Source: Hypanus sabinus (taxonomy: Eukaryota). Taken from it: 64,000 nt of DNA. Below the pieces are notes generated by a model. The model was not told the origin of the DNA. It did no database searches and was given only the letters and a program-made list of their open reading frames with translations. The translations under genes were made by a program, and so were the position numbers. Within the stretch, counting starts at the first letter, position 1; the number at the start of each line of letters is the position of its first letter. This document shows, in pieces, positions 11,420-24,300 of this stretch. The stretch lies in the NCBI RefSeq assembly GCF_030144855.1, contig NC_082712.1, forward strand, positions 96,286,001-96,350,000. Reading direction: 5' to 3'.

Positions 11420-14410
11420 CAAGCACAGGGAAGCAGGGACCAGTACAGAAAGGATGAGTTGCACCTAAATTGAAAGGAGAGCAATATCATTGAAAGGAGA
11501 TTTGTTAGAACTTCTAGGCAGTGTTTAAACTGGTGTGGTAGGGTGGAAACCAGAATAATAGGTCCAGCATATGAAGGGTTTCAGGAGAAGTTAGAGATGA
11601 GATCAAGCAAATTTAAAAGAAAAGAGAGAAATAAAAGTTTCATGGATTCATGGACTTCATGGATACAAAAGATTCTGCAGACGCTGGAAATCCAGAGTAA
11701 CACTCACAAAATGCTGGGGAAACTCAACAGGTGAGACAGCATCTATGGAGAGATGTCATTCCATGCTGATGGGCTCAGGTGTATTTATTTCACTACATGG
11801 AGTATTACAGGATTTGGCAGATTAATTTAGGACCTAGATTAGTAGATGTAACTAAGATATTATGGCCATTATAGAAATTTCACTGAGAGGGGCAGAACTA
11901 GCAGTTCAACATTGCAGGACTCAGATGTTTCAGGGGTGTAAATAAGGTGAAGTTGTACCAGTGAGCAGGGAGAACATCACAGTGGTCCTTAGGCTCATCT
12001 AGTGAAGTAATATGGGCGGAGTTCAGGAATACGAAAGATGCAGTCTCTCAGATAGAATTATACTTTAGGCTCCCCAATACCCAGTGGAGATAATGGAAAA
12101 GAGAGGTTGGTAGATGATGGATAGGTGGAACGCAACAGGGTAGTTGTTGTAGGTGACTATAATTTTTTTTCCATATTGACAGACACTTCCCTATTACCAG
12201 AAGATTAGGTGGGACTGAATTTGTTGATGCATTTAATAGTTTTTAATACAGTTTTTTGGGTAATCCAGTCAGAGAAAGAGACATATTGGACAATGTACTA
12301 GTAAATTAGCTTGGCCAGGCAATTGCAGTTTTCATTATAGAGCGTTTGGGAATTGTGATCTAACTCCATAGGTTTTCAGATAATTACGTATAAGGATAGT
12401 TATGGACTTTGTATGGGGGGGAAGGTGGAGGTACAAAACTGAGGAAAATGATTGAGATTGGCTTAGATGTAAGATTCATTTAAAGGCTGACTGGTCACAA
12501 TTCAAGACCAACATGCTCCTGTGAGGGAGAAAGTTAAGGATGAAAAGAAACCTTTCATGATGGGATATGTTGTCAATTTAGTCAAAAAACAAAATGGAAG
12601 TACAGTTCGACTTCCCCTTATCTGAAATGCTTGTGGCTGGAAGCGTTTCGCCTTTTGGATATTTTCAGAATTTGGAATATATGAGATATCTTGGGATCTC
12701 CATCATTTCCATCTGAATTTATGTGTTACCAGTTTGTACCAGAAATGATTGGTCAGTAAGCCATAGATCACTAGACAACAATATTAAGATCAAGGATCAA
12801 CTTTATCCCCCACATACATTTACATGCATTAGGGATTTCCTGTGGTGTGTTGGTGCAACATGCAAAACAAATCAATAACTTTCTAGAATAAGGAATGATT
12901 CAAAAATAAAAATGTTAGTGCTTAAAGTATGAATATGAGGAACTACTCACATCTGGAAAAGCAGACTTACTAGGGACAGTCAACAATGCTTGGTGCAGGG
13001 GAGGTCATGTCTTACAAACTTGATTACATTTTTGAACAGGTGATGAATATGATTGATGAGGGTAGGATATATCTATGAATGTCAGAAAGGCATTCAACAA
13101 GGTCCCTCATGGCATTGATGGCACCTACATGGACTTTAAGTAGGAAGTTCAACAAGGTCTCTCAAAGTAGAGAAGGCACATAAAATTAAGGTACATGGGA
13201 TCCACAGAGAGCTGATGGACTGAATTCAAAATTGGTTTGGCGATGGAAACATAGGATAGTGGCAGAGGGGTATTATTCTAACTCGAGGTCTTTCATCAGT
13301 GTCGTACCAGTGGTCAGTGCTGGGACCTCGTTGTTGTGTATTTAATATTTCAGTAATAGTTCAGCAATCTTGTATAATATATATTCTTTAATCAAGCATT
13401 CTTTGTTATTTATATAATTCATTGTGGTTATGTGTATAAGTACATGAATTGCATATGTCGTAATGCTACCATGTGATGAGTGTATGCCTTGCTTAAAATA
13501 AACTTGAAGTTAGATCCACATTTCAGACTAACGTGTCTTCCTTTGAATTAGTTTAACGTTTTGAAGTTAGAAAACATATCATATGTACATTTAAGATTTA
13601 GACCATATGCAATGGCCAAAAAAATGTTGGGGCTGTGGATAGTGATGAATCCTGTCAAAATATACAGACCATCTGGAAATCTAGGCAAAGAAATGGCCAA
13701 TGCAGTTAATTCAGACAGGTGTGAAGTGTTGTACCTTGAGAGGTCAAATGCACTAAGAAAGTACACAGTAAATGACAGGAGCCTTGAGAACATTGATGGT
13801 TAGATGGATTGCGAATCCATAGCTCCCTGGAAGCAGCAACATAGGTAGATAGAGTGATAAAACACACTGGCTTTCAGTAGTCAGTGTGTTGAAGCTGTGT
13901 AAAATTTGGTTAAGATGCATTTGGATCATTGAGAGTGGTTCTGCTCACCTTATTAAACAAAGAATAAAGAGGCTTCAGAGAGCCTGCAGGTGAGGATGGT
14001 GGCAGGATTTGATAGCATCAGTGATAAGAAGAGTTTGCACAGACAGATTGTTTGCTCTGGAGTGTTGGAGGCTGAGGGGTGGTCTGATTGATGCTCATGA
14101 GATAATGGGAAGCAGAGATAGGGTAGACAGTCAGAGTCTTTGTCGCAGATTGGAAGCGTCAAATACCAGAGAGCAGAGGAGGTGCTCAATATAGAGCATG
14201 AGGAAGATGATTTTTTTCAATGATGGTGGCTGTTACAAAGGGCTAATAAGCTGCATCTCTAGAGATGCCCAGTAAAAAGGGGCTTCAGAAGGATGTTAGG
14301 TTTCTAATCATTAAGGGAATCAAGGATTATGGACAAAGACAGGAAAATGGATTTGAATGTCAGATCAGCCATGGTCCTATTGAATAACTGAATAACTTCG
14401 AGAGGATGAA
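11420..14410 (+). mobile_element. Highly degenerate CR1 LINE with nested insertions
   Basis: Remnants of endonuclease and RT motifs (AFNKVPHG at ~13090; LECWRLRGGLI at ~14060) and a CR1-type 3'UTR (gatcagccatg) at ~14360. Interrupted at ~11660-11750, ~12600-12930 and ~13330-13580. Confidence 0.6.
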
Positions 14411-14939
14411 TTGTTTCTGTTAACAATGTGGAAAGTTCACAGGTGTATCCCATCCACAAAAGGCAGGGTAATTCAAGCTGTTAATTACCACCCATTCATT
14501 CCAATCAGACTACTCTCATTCTTTGGTAAAATGAAAGAGGTCATCTATATTTCTATAAACTGACAGTCACCAGTACCCTGCTCAATGAGGCCGTGTTTGG
14601 CTAAAATTAGATCACTCAGCTCCATACTTCAACATTGCCTTGGACCTAACATTGACCAAAGAACTGAGTTCCAGAATTAGGGGTAGAGTTAAGACCTCAG
14701 CAGTAAGTCAGCATCTGACTGAGGTCACAATTCAGGATTGTGGTGGGTGAATACATATCTGATAATATCCAGGAAGCTGGATACTATCCAGTGAAACAAA
14801 ACAGGTCATTTTATCAGAATCCCATTCAAAGTTCAAGTGTATTTATAATCAGAGCATGTACTCCTCATACAACCTTGCGATTCATCACCTTACAGGTGGC
14901 CACAAAACAAAGAAACCCAACAAAATCAATTAAAATCTC

Positions 14940-15640
14940 ACCTGGCCCCTCAACGCCAGCTCCATAGTAAAGAAAGCCCAGCAACATCGTTACTTTCTGT
15001 GAAGGCTGAGGAAAGTCTATCTCCCCACCCCCCACCCCATCCTCATCACATTCGACAGGGTTGTTTTGAGAGCATCCTGAGCAGCTGCATCACTGCCTGG
15101 TTTGGAAATTGCACCATCTCGGATCGCAAGACCCTGCAGTGGATAGTGAGGTCAGCTGAGAAGATCATCGGGGTCTCTCTTCCCGCCATTATGGACATTT
15201 ACTCTACACACTGCATCTGCAAAGTAAACAGCATTATGAAGGACCCCACACACCCCTCATACAAACTCTTCTCCCTCCTGCCATCTGGGAAAAGGCACCG
15301 AAGCATTCGGGCTCTCACGACCAGACTATGTAACAGTTTCTTCCCCCCAAGCTATCAGACTCCTCAATACCCAGAGTCTGGACTGACACCTTACTGCCCT
15401 ATTGTCCTGTTTATTATTTATTGTAATGCCTGCATTGTTTTGTGCACTTTATGCAGTCCTGGGTAGGTCTGTAGTCCAGTGTAGTTTTTTTTTCTGTGTT
15501 TTTTTTTACGTAGTTCAGTCTAGTTTTTGTACTTTTTCATGTAACACCATGGTCCGGAAAAACATCTTGTTTTTACTGTATACAGTACTGTACCAGCAGT
15601 TATGCTCGAAATGACAATAAAAAAGTGACTTGACTTGACT
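14940..15640 (+). mobile_element. Rex1/Babar LINE 3' fragment
   Basis: ESILSSCITAWFGNC...DPTHP..LFSLLPSGKR...NSFFP, then AATAAA and a (gactt)n tail. Confidence 0.85.
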
Positions 15641-16504
15641 AAAAACAAATGAAGACCGTCAAACTCCCAGTGTGCAGAGAGAGAGGGAAATATACAAATT
15701 GCGTAAACAATAAAAGCAAGCAAACAGAATTCAGAACTGATGTTCACAAGGCCAGACATCACTGAAGCTGATCCAGAAGTCCACTAGTTGCAGAGGACTT
15801 TCTCACTCTAAATATTTGTGCCTATTCCCACCAGTGCACTATGGCAAGATCCATCTTCAAAATGCATTGCAGATAACTGTCTAATGCAATTCAGCACAGT
15901 TTTCAAAACCACAGCCTCTAACTAAAGACAGAGGTAGCAGATGTGAAGGAATATCAGTATCTGCAGATTTCCTGCATATTACACACCATTCTTCATCATC
16001 GTATTGAACTCCTGGAAGTCCCCACTCAACAGTGTTCTGGAAATAGTTTCTACAGTTGGAACACAGCAGTTTGAAATGACCGCTCACTCACACAACCTCA
16101 AGAATGACTGCATACAGACCATAAATGCTTGTCTCAAGGAAACCAGACCATAAATGCTGGTCTCATACTGACATCCCATATCTCCCCAAAAAATATGGCT
16201 AATGGAGTTTAATTGCAGGGATAAGAGTGATTGTTCTTAACAGTAATGCAACATGTAAGCAAGCTTGGCATTAAAACTATAAATTGGTCATCAGGCTGAG
16301 GATGAGAACACTCCACTAGTTTGAGACAATGGGTGACACAGAGACCTGTATTCCAGGTAATCCTGATTCTTCATCTATCTGGATTTCTCAATGAACAATG
16401 TTTTCATGCTTTAAGGTTTTCTATGTCCATGAATACAGAGATAACACACAGTAACTACTTCATTAGGTGTAGGAGATCCTAATAAAGAAGCCACTGAGTA
16501 TATT

Positions 16505-17390
16505 TCAAGTCAAGTCAAGTCACTTTTATTGCCATTTTGAACATAACTGCTGGTACAGTGCATAGTAAAAAAGAGACAACGTTTTTCAGGACCATGGTGT
16601 TACATGACACAGTACAAAAAACTAGACTGAAGTACGTAATAAAAAAAACAACACAGAAAGCTACACTAGACTACAGACCTACAAAAAAAGTGCAGGCATT
16701 TTCAATAAATAATAAACAGGACAGTAGGGCAAGGTGTCAGTCCAGGCTTCGAGTATTGAGGAGTCTGATAGCTTGGGGGAAGAAACTGTTACATAGTCTG
16801 GTAGTGAGAGCCCAAATGCTTCGGAGCCTTTTCCCAGACGGCAGGAGGGAGAAGAGATTGTATGAGGTTTGCATGGGGTCCTTCATAATGCTGTTTCCTT
16901 TGTGGATGCAGCATGTAGTGTAAATGTCCGTGATGGATGGAAGAGAGACCCCGATGGTCTTCTCAGCTGACCTTACTATCCGCTGCAGGGTCTTGCAATC
17001 CGAGATGGTGCAATTTCCAAACCAGGCAGTGATGCAGCTGCTCAGGATGCTCTCAATACAACCCCTGTAGAATGAGATGAGGATGGGGGGGTGGGAGATG
17101 GACTTTCCTCTGCCTTTGCAAAAAGTAGAGATGCTGCTGGGCTTTCTTTGCTATGCAGCTGGTGTTGAGAGACCAGGTGAGATTCTCTGTCTGGTGAACA
17201 CCAAGAAATTTGGTGCCCTTTACGATCTATACTGAGGAGCCGTCGATGTTCAGCGGGGAGTGGTCGCTCCCTGCCCTCCTGAGGTCAACAACCATCTCTT
17301 TTGTTTTGTTCACATTCAGAGACAGGTTGTTGGCTCTGCACCAGTCCGTTAGCCGCTGCACCTCCTCTCTGTAAGCCAACTCGTTGTTCT
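16505..17390 (-). mobile_element. Rex1/Babar LINE 3' fragment, inverted relative to 14940-15640
   Basis: Reverse complement of the same family, with a (caagt)n tail at 16505-16522. Confidence 0.85.
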
Positions 17391-17639
17391 TCATGTATGT
17401 TATTTATTATGTTCATGGTTTTCTGTTACTGTTGACCATCCAAAGTTCAACATGTTGTGTATTCAGAGATACACCACACCACTGTAGTAACTTGTGGTCA
17501 TTTGAGTTACTGTCATTTTCCTGTCAGCTTGAGCCAGTCTAGCCATTCTCGTTTGACCTCTCTCATTAACAAGGTGTTTTCACCCACGGATCTCCTGCTC
17601 ACTGGATGTTTTTTGTTTATCACACCATTCTCTGTAACC

Positions 17640-17740
17640 TCAGGACTGATGAAGGGTCTCGGACTGAAACTTCGACAGTGCTTCTCCCTATAGATGCTGT
17701 CTGACCTGCTGCGTTCCACCAGCATTTTGTGTGTGTTGAC
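17640..17740 (+). mobile_element. Penelope-type terminal-repeat fragment
   Basis: ctgatgaagggtctcgg..gaaac...gatgctgtctgacctgctg, the same motif as the end of the element at 20000-20070. Confidence 0.55.
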
Positions 17741-18242
17741 TGAGTGTAAGTGATGCTTTTCAGGACTTTTGTCACTGTCCTGTGCTTGGACGCCCTCTCC
17801 CATCGATGAAGGCTACATTGTTTTTCTATTTCCTTGCTACCTAAGCGTTCCCGTTGGGTTGCAGTGTATCTCTGCCACATCTCCCAATTTTCTGTTCACT
17901 GAGATAAAATGAAAGGTGGTTTATCTGAACCACTAAATCTGTTTCTCATCTACAATTCTATCCGAGTCACAGATCATTTCTTGTATTCAATGTTTCATGT
18001 CAGATTTCCAAACATCAACATTTGCTTTTCAATACTGGCCAAAAACAAATAATTTAAAAAAGCACTTGAGTCTCCCTATGATTGGAGAGAGGAGCTTTTA
18101 ATCAAGGGGATCAACTCTTACCTCAGTTGGTGTGGTTTTTGGGTCTCCAGTTTCACTCCAGCTGCCTCTGCTGGTTTTGCATGAGAGGAGTCATTCTGAA
18201 TCAATGTCCAACATGACAGACAACTTTCCTTTATGATACCAT

Positions 18243-18745
18243 TAGACTCTAAGTCATAGAAGCAGAATAAGGCCATTTGGCCCATTGAGTCTGCTCTGCC
18301 ATTTCATCATGGCAGATCCATTTCCCTCTCAGCTCCAAATTCCTGCCCTCTCCTGTTATCCCTTCAGCCCTGACTAATCAAGAATCTATCAACCTCTGCC
18401 TTAAATATTTATTAAAAATTATTTTCTGTTTAGTTGTGTATAGTTGATTTTACAGTTCATAATTCACATGGATTCAAAAGAGCATCAGCCTTTAATGGCA
18501 GATTTTAATTGAGTCTCCCTATGATTGGAGAGAGGAGCTTTTAATCAAGGGGATCAACTCTTACCTCAGTTGGTGTGGTTTTTGGGTCTCCAGTTTCACT
18601 TCAACTGCCTCTGCTGGTTTTGCATGAGAGGAGTCATTCTGAATCAATGTCCAACATGACAGACAACTTTCCTTTATGATACCAATGACTTGGCCTCCAC
18701 AGATTCACCACTCTCTGGCTGAAGAAATTCCTCCTCATCTCCATT
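18243..18745 (-). mobile_element. CR1 3' fragment interrupted by a locally templated insertion (18411-18684)
   Basis: The CR1-type 3' end ggccatttggccca..gagtctgctc and ...ctctgccttaaatat resumes as ccaatgacttggcctccac after the insert. Confidence 0.7.
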
Positions 18746-19409
18746 CAAAATCTGAGGCTGATACACAACTGAGGGACTATCATGGTGAGTGTTTCTGAGG
18801 ACTGAAGGGGCAACAAGTTCATGTGAACTGGACAAAACTGCCTGAAGAGGTAAATGTGGCTTTTGGACTATCTATGGTAAATTTTACATCTGTGTTAGAA
18901 GTAGAAGGGATTGGAAATTCAGTAACTGGGTAATGATGAGTATGCAATGGGAAGGGAAGGTCAAGTGAAGAGTGTCAGTAATGTAACAGCCTTTGCTTCA
19001 TGTGTGAGTGAGTAAGTATTTTACAGGCTTGACATTCACCTCACTGTGTCTCGATAGGTTATGAAATTAATTGCTCCATTGTGTTGGGGATTGTAACTAC
19101 TGGAGGAACCAAATGTAACCTACACTTGCTAGTTCTTCCACTGGTGGTGTAAGTGGACATCCTAGCCTTAGTCCAACACAAGGGACCTCTCTCCACATAT
19201 ATTTCATAAACATGAATTCTAAGTTCCTCTCTGGAAATTGGGAAATACTCTGCCATTGTGTAAAATCTGCCATTACAGTCTGATGCTCTTCTGAATCAAT
19301 GTGAATTATGAACTGTAAAATCAACTATACACAACTAAACAGAAAATAAATTTTATAATCAGATCACATTGTACAAGTTAAACAGTGTAACAGAGACCAA
19401 CTTTAATCA

Positions 19410-20125
19410 GGAAAGGCACCCCAAACAATCATTCCAGGTGAGGCAACACTTCACCTGCGACTCTGCTAGGGTCGTCTATTGTGTCCGGTGCTCCCAATGC
19501 AGCCTCCTCTATATTGGTGACACCCATCGTAAATTGGAGGACTGCTTCGACCAGCATCTCCACTCTATCCGCCACAAGTGGGACTTGCCAGTGGCCAAAC
19601 ATTTTAATTCCCATTCCCATCCATGTTCCTATCCATGGGCTCTTTTTGTGCCAAGATGAGCCCACCCTCAGTGTGGAGGAACAACATCTTATATTCCTTC
19701 TGGATAGCTTCCAAAGTGATGGCATGTATATTTGTTTCTCCCTACAGTAAAAAAACAGTCCCCCTCCCCTCCCTTCTTCTTCTATTCCCCACTCTGTCCT
19801 TTTACCTCCTCACCTGCTTGTCATCTCCCCCAGGATCCCCTCCTCCTTCCCTTTCTCCCATGGTCAACTCCCCTCTCCAATCAGATTCCTTCCTCTCCGA
19901 CCCTTGACATTTCTCACCCACCTGGCCTCACCTATCACATTCCAGCTAGCCTCCTACGCTCCCACCTTTTTATTCTGGCTTCTTCCCCCTTCCTTCTCAG
20001 TCTTGAAGAAGGGTCTTGGCCTGAAATATTGAATATTCATTTCTGTAGATGCTGTCTGACCTGCTGAGTTCCTCCTGCATGTTATGTATGCAGGTTGCTT
20101 TGGATTTCCAGCATCGGCAGACTTA
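19410..20125 (+). mobile_element. Penelope-like element 3' fragment (GIY-YIG endonuclease plus terminal repeat)
   Basis: QHFTCDSARVVYCVRCSQCSLLYIGDTHRKL (VVY...YIG), followed by a pyrimidine-rich tract and terminal repeat. Confidence 0.85.
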
Positions 20126-20314
20126 CCCTTGTTGATAACAGACATACTGCTGGGTTTACTTCACTACCTACAGCACTGTCCCCAATATGAGATCAGAATC
20201 GAAGGAAAAGTGAAAGTGATGGAAATATAGTAAAATCTGTTGAAGTTTAATCCAAACATTAGCTAATGCTGTCTAACCTCCCTAATGTTTCTGACATTTA
20301 CAGTTCTACTTTAT

Positions 20315-21060
20315 ATAGAACATAGAACAGTACAACACAGGAACAAACCTTTTGTCTTACAATGTCTCTGTCAAGCATGATGCCAAAGTAAATCTCGTCT
20401 GCCTGCACATGATCCCTATTCCTCTATTCCCTGCATATTCAGTGCCAATCTAAAAGCCTCTTAAATGTCAATATTATCTGGTTCTAGCATTGCTCCAGGT
20501 CAACCCCTCCAGACACCTCCCACTTTTTGTGCAAAAAGACTTGTCCTGGTCCTTTAAATTTTCCCTCTATCGGCTTAAATACATGTACTTGACACCTCTA
20601 ATTGATTCTATAAACCTACTTTGTTTCCCACACTCTCTGATGATCTCAGTTTGTCAAACCTCTGCTTATAACTCACGCCCTCAAGTTCAGGCAACATTCT
20701 GGGAAACCTCTTCTGTGCCATTTTCATCATTTCCATGATAGGATGTCTAGATTTGCATACAAGACTCGAAGGGTGGCTTAACCAAAGTTTTATAGTGTTG
20801 CTACATTTCTCCAGATTCTTATGCTGAGTACACTGATCAATTAGGGCACCCCAACACCCTATCTACTTGCTTGGCCACTTTCACGAAGCTATGGACATGG
20901 ACTCCAGGATCCGATCCAATTATACATCATTAAGTGTCCTGCCATTAATCATCTACTTTGCACAGACATTAGACCTCCCAAAATGCAATACCTCTCACTA
21001 GCCTGGTTTAAACTACATCTTCTAATTCTCAGCCAATATATAAGTAAACAAAATCCTACT
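20315..21060 (-). mobile_element. Degenerate CR1 3' fragment
   Basis: atagaacatagaacagtaca tail and degraded ORF2 C-terminal sequence. Confidence 0.6.
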
Positions 21061-21319
21061 GTAACCCTTCATTATTGGACATCTTTGTAATCTTGATGCT
21101 GCATATTTTGCCACCAATATTTGGTTGTCCATATTCAGATTTTATTAATGATGTAACACAGCAGGATGGTTTGTAACTAACAAATAACACCAGAGATATT
21201 GAAAACATCCAGTGGTCAGTTAACATGTGGAGAAAGTTCTATAATTCAGGACAGGATGATACACAAATCAGACTATTTGCAGCAACATGAACAAACTTCA
21301 TAACAGAATCAACAATTAC

Positions 21320-24300
21320 CTGGTCTTTTAGTTGTGGTGGGACGCACAGTGGTCCGAGGAGTTGTAACGGCTGTCGACAACACCTGTTTATCGGTTGTTG
21401 AGGAGGAGGTCATTGTGGATGTCGTGAGGCTTGTTGAAGTAACTGTGGTTGGCACATTTGATGTACTGCTGGGTTTACCTGGTGGCTTTGCTGAAGTTCC
21501 TGTTGGTGTACTGGTTAGTGTAGGTGATGTGCTGGATGGTGTGCTGGACTCTATGGTCGGTTTACTGGTCACTGTAGTCGATGTGCTGGTCAGTGAGCTG
21601 GATTCTGTGGTCGATGAGCTGGACCCTATGGTTGGTATGCTGGACCCTGTGGTTGACGTACTGGATTCTGTAGTCAGTGTGCTGGAGCCTGTGGTCAGTG
21701 TGCTGGACACTGTGGTTTGCACACTGATCACTGTATTTGATGTGCTGGACTGTGCGGTCGTAGAGCTGGACTCTGTAGTCGGTGTGCTGGACAGCACACT
21801 TGATGTGCTGGATTCTGTAGTCGGTGTGCTGGACCCTGGGTGCGGTGAGCTGGTCTCTGTTGTCGATGTGCTGGACCCTGCAGTCGATGTGCTGGATTCT
21901 GGGTGCAGTGTGCTATACTCTGTGGTTGATGTACTGGATTCTGTGGATGATGTACTGGATTCTGTAGTTGGTATGCTGGACCCTGGGTGCGGTGTGCTGG
22001 ACTCTGTGGTCAGTGTGCTGGACACTGTGGTTTGCACACTGATCACTGTATTGGATGTGCTAGACTGTGCGGTCGGAGAGCTGGACTCTGTAGTCGGTGT
22101 GCTGGAATCTGTGCTGAGTGTGCTGGACACTGAAGTAGATGTGCTGGACTGTGTGGTCAGTGTGCTGGTCTGTGTTGTTGGTGAGCTGGATTCTGTGGTC
22201 GATGAGCTGGACCCTATGGTTGGTATGCTGGACCCTGTGGTTGACGTACTGGATTCTGTAGTCGGTGTGCTGGAGCCTGTGGTCAGTGTGCTGGACACTG
22301 TGGTTTGCACACTGATCACTGTATTTGATGTGCTGGACTGTGCGGTCGTAGAGCTGGACTCTGTAGTCGGTGTGCTGGACAGCACATTTGGTGTGTTGGC
22401 CCCTATGGTCGGTGTGCTGGACTCTGGGTGCAGTGTGCTATACTCTGTGGTTGATGAGCTGGACTCTGTAGTTGGTGTGCTGGACTCTCTGGTCAGTGTG
22501 CTGGACCCTGCAGTCGATGTGCTGGACAGCACATTTGATGTACTGGATTCTGCAGTCGGTGAACTGGACTCTGTGGTCATCGTGTTGGACCCTATGGTCA
22601 GGGTGCTGGACCCTGTGGTCAGGGTGCTGGACCCTGTGGTCAGGGTGCTGGACCCTGTGGTCAGGGTGCTGGACTCTGTTGTCGATGTGTTGAACCCTAT
22701 GGTCGGTGTGCTGGATTCTGGGTGCAGTGTGCTATACTCTGTGGTTGATGAGCTGGACTCTGTAGTTGGTGTGCTGGACTCTCTGGTCAATGTGCTGGAC
22801 CCTGCAGTCGATGTGCTGGACAGCACATTTGATGTACTGGACTCTGTTGTCGATGTGTTGTACCCTATGGTCGGTATGCTGGACCCTGTGGTCAGGGTGC
22901 TGGACTCTGTGGTCGGTATGCTGGACCCTGTTGTCAGGGTGCTGGTCTCTGTTGTCAATGTGTTGGCCCCTGTAGTCCGTGTGCTGGACTCTGGGTGCAG
23001 TGTTCTACACTCTGTGGTTGATGTACTGGACCCTGTGGTTGATGTACTGGATTCTGTAGTTGGTGTGCTGGATCCTGGGTGTGCTGTGCTGGACTCTGTG
23101 GTTTGCACACTGATCACTGTATTGGATGTGCTGGACTGTGCGGTCGGAGAGCTGGACTCTGTAGTCGATGTGCTGGACAGCACATTTGATGTACTGGACT
23201 CTGTTGTCGATGTGTTGTACCCTATGGTCGGTATGCTGGACCCTGTGGTCAGGGTGCTGGACTCTGTGGTCGGTATGCTGGACCCTGTGGTCAGGGTGCT
23301 GGACTCTGTGGTCGGTATGCTGGACCCTGTTGTCAGGGTGCTGGTCTCTGTTGTCAATGTGTTGGCCCCTGTAGTCCGTGTGCTGGACTCTGGGTGCAGT
23401 GTTCTACACTCTGTGGTTGATGTACTGGACCCTGTGGTTGATGTACTGGATTCTGTAGTTGGTGTGCTGGATCCTGGGTGTGCTGTGCTGGACTCTGTGG
23501 TTTGCACACTGATCACTGTATTGGATGTGCTGGACTGTGCGGTCGGAGAGCTGGACTCTGTAGTTGATGTGCTGGACTCTGTGGTGAGTGTGCTGGACAC
23601 TGAAGTAGATGTGCTGGACTGTGGGGTCAGAGAGCTGGACTCTGTGGTTGACGTACTGGATTCTGTAGTTGGTGTGCTGGAGCCTGTGGTCAGTGTGCTG
23701 GACACTGTGTTTTGCACACTGATCACTGTATTTGATGTGCTGGACTGTGCGGTCGTAGAGCTGGACTCTGTAGTCGGTGTGCTGGACCCTGGGTGCGGTA
23801 TACTGGACTCTGTGGTCATTGTGTTGGACCCTATGGTCGGTATGCTGGACACTGTGGTTGATGTGCTGGACTCTGTGGTCTGTGTGCTGGTCTCTGTTGT
23901 CGGTGAACTGAACTCTGTGGTCGTTGTGCTGGACCCTGTGGTTGGTGTGCTGGACTCTGTGGTTGGTGTGCTGGACCCTGTGGTTGGTGTGCTGGACTCT
24001 GTGGTCGGTGTGCTGGACTCTGTGGTCGGTGTGCTGGAGCCTGTGGTCAGTGTGCTGGTCTCTGTGGTCGATGTGTTGGCCCCTGTGGTCGGTGTGCTGG
24101 ACTCTGGGTGCAGTGTGCTATACTCTGTGGTTGATGTGCTGGACCCTGTGGTTGATGTACTGGATTCTGTACTCAGTGTGCTGGACCCTGGGTGCAGTGT
24201 GCTGGAGCCTGTGTTCGATGAGCTGGACACTGTGGTCAGTGTGCTGGACTCTGTGGTTGGCATACTGATTACTGTCGTGTATGTGCTGGACAGAGCAGTC

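Noticed and set aside
13333-13581. Possible short solo LTR inside the CR1 (TG...CA, AATAAA)
   Set aside because: No TSD or second copy found; evidence insufficient.
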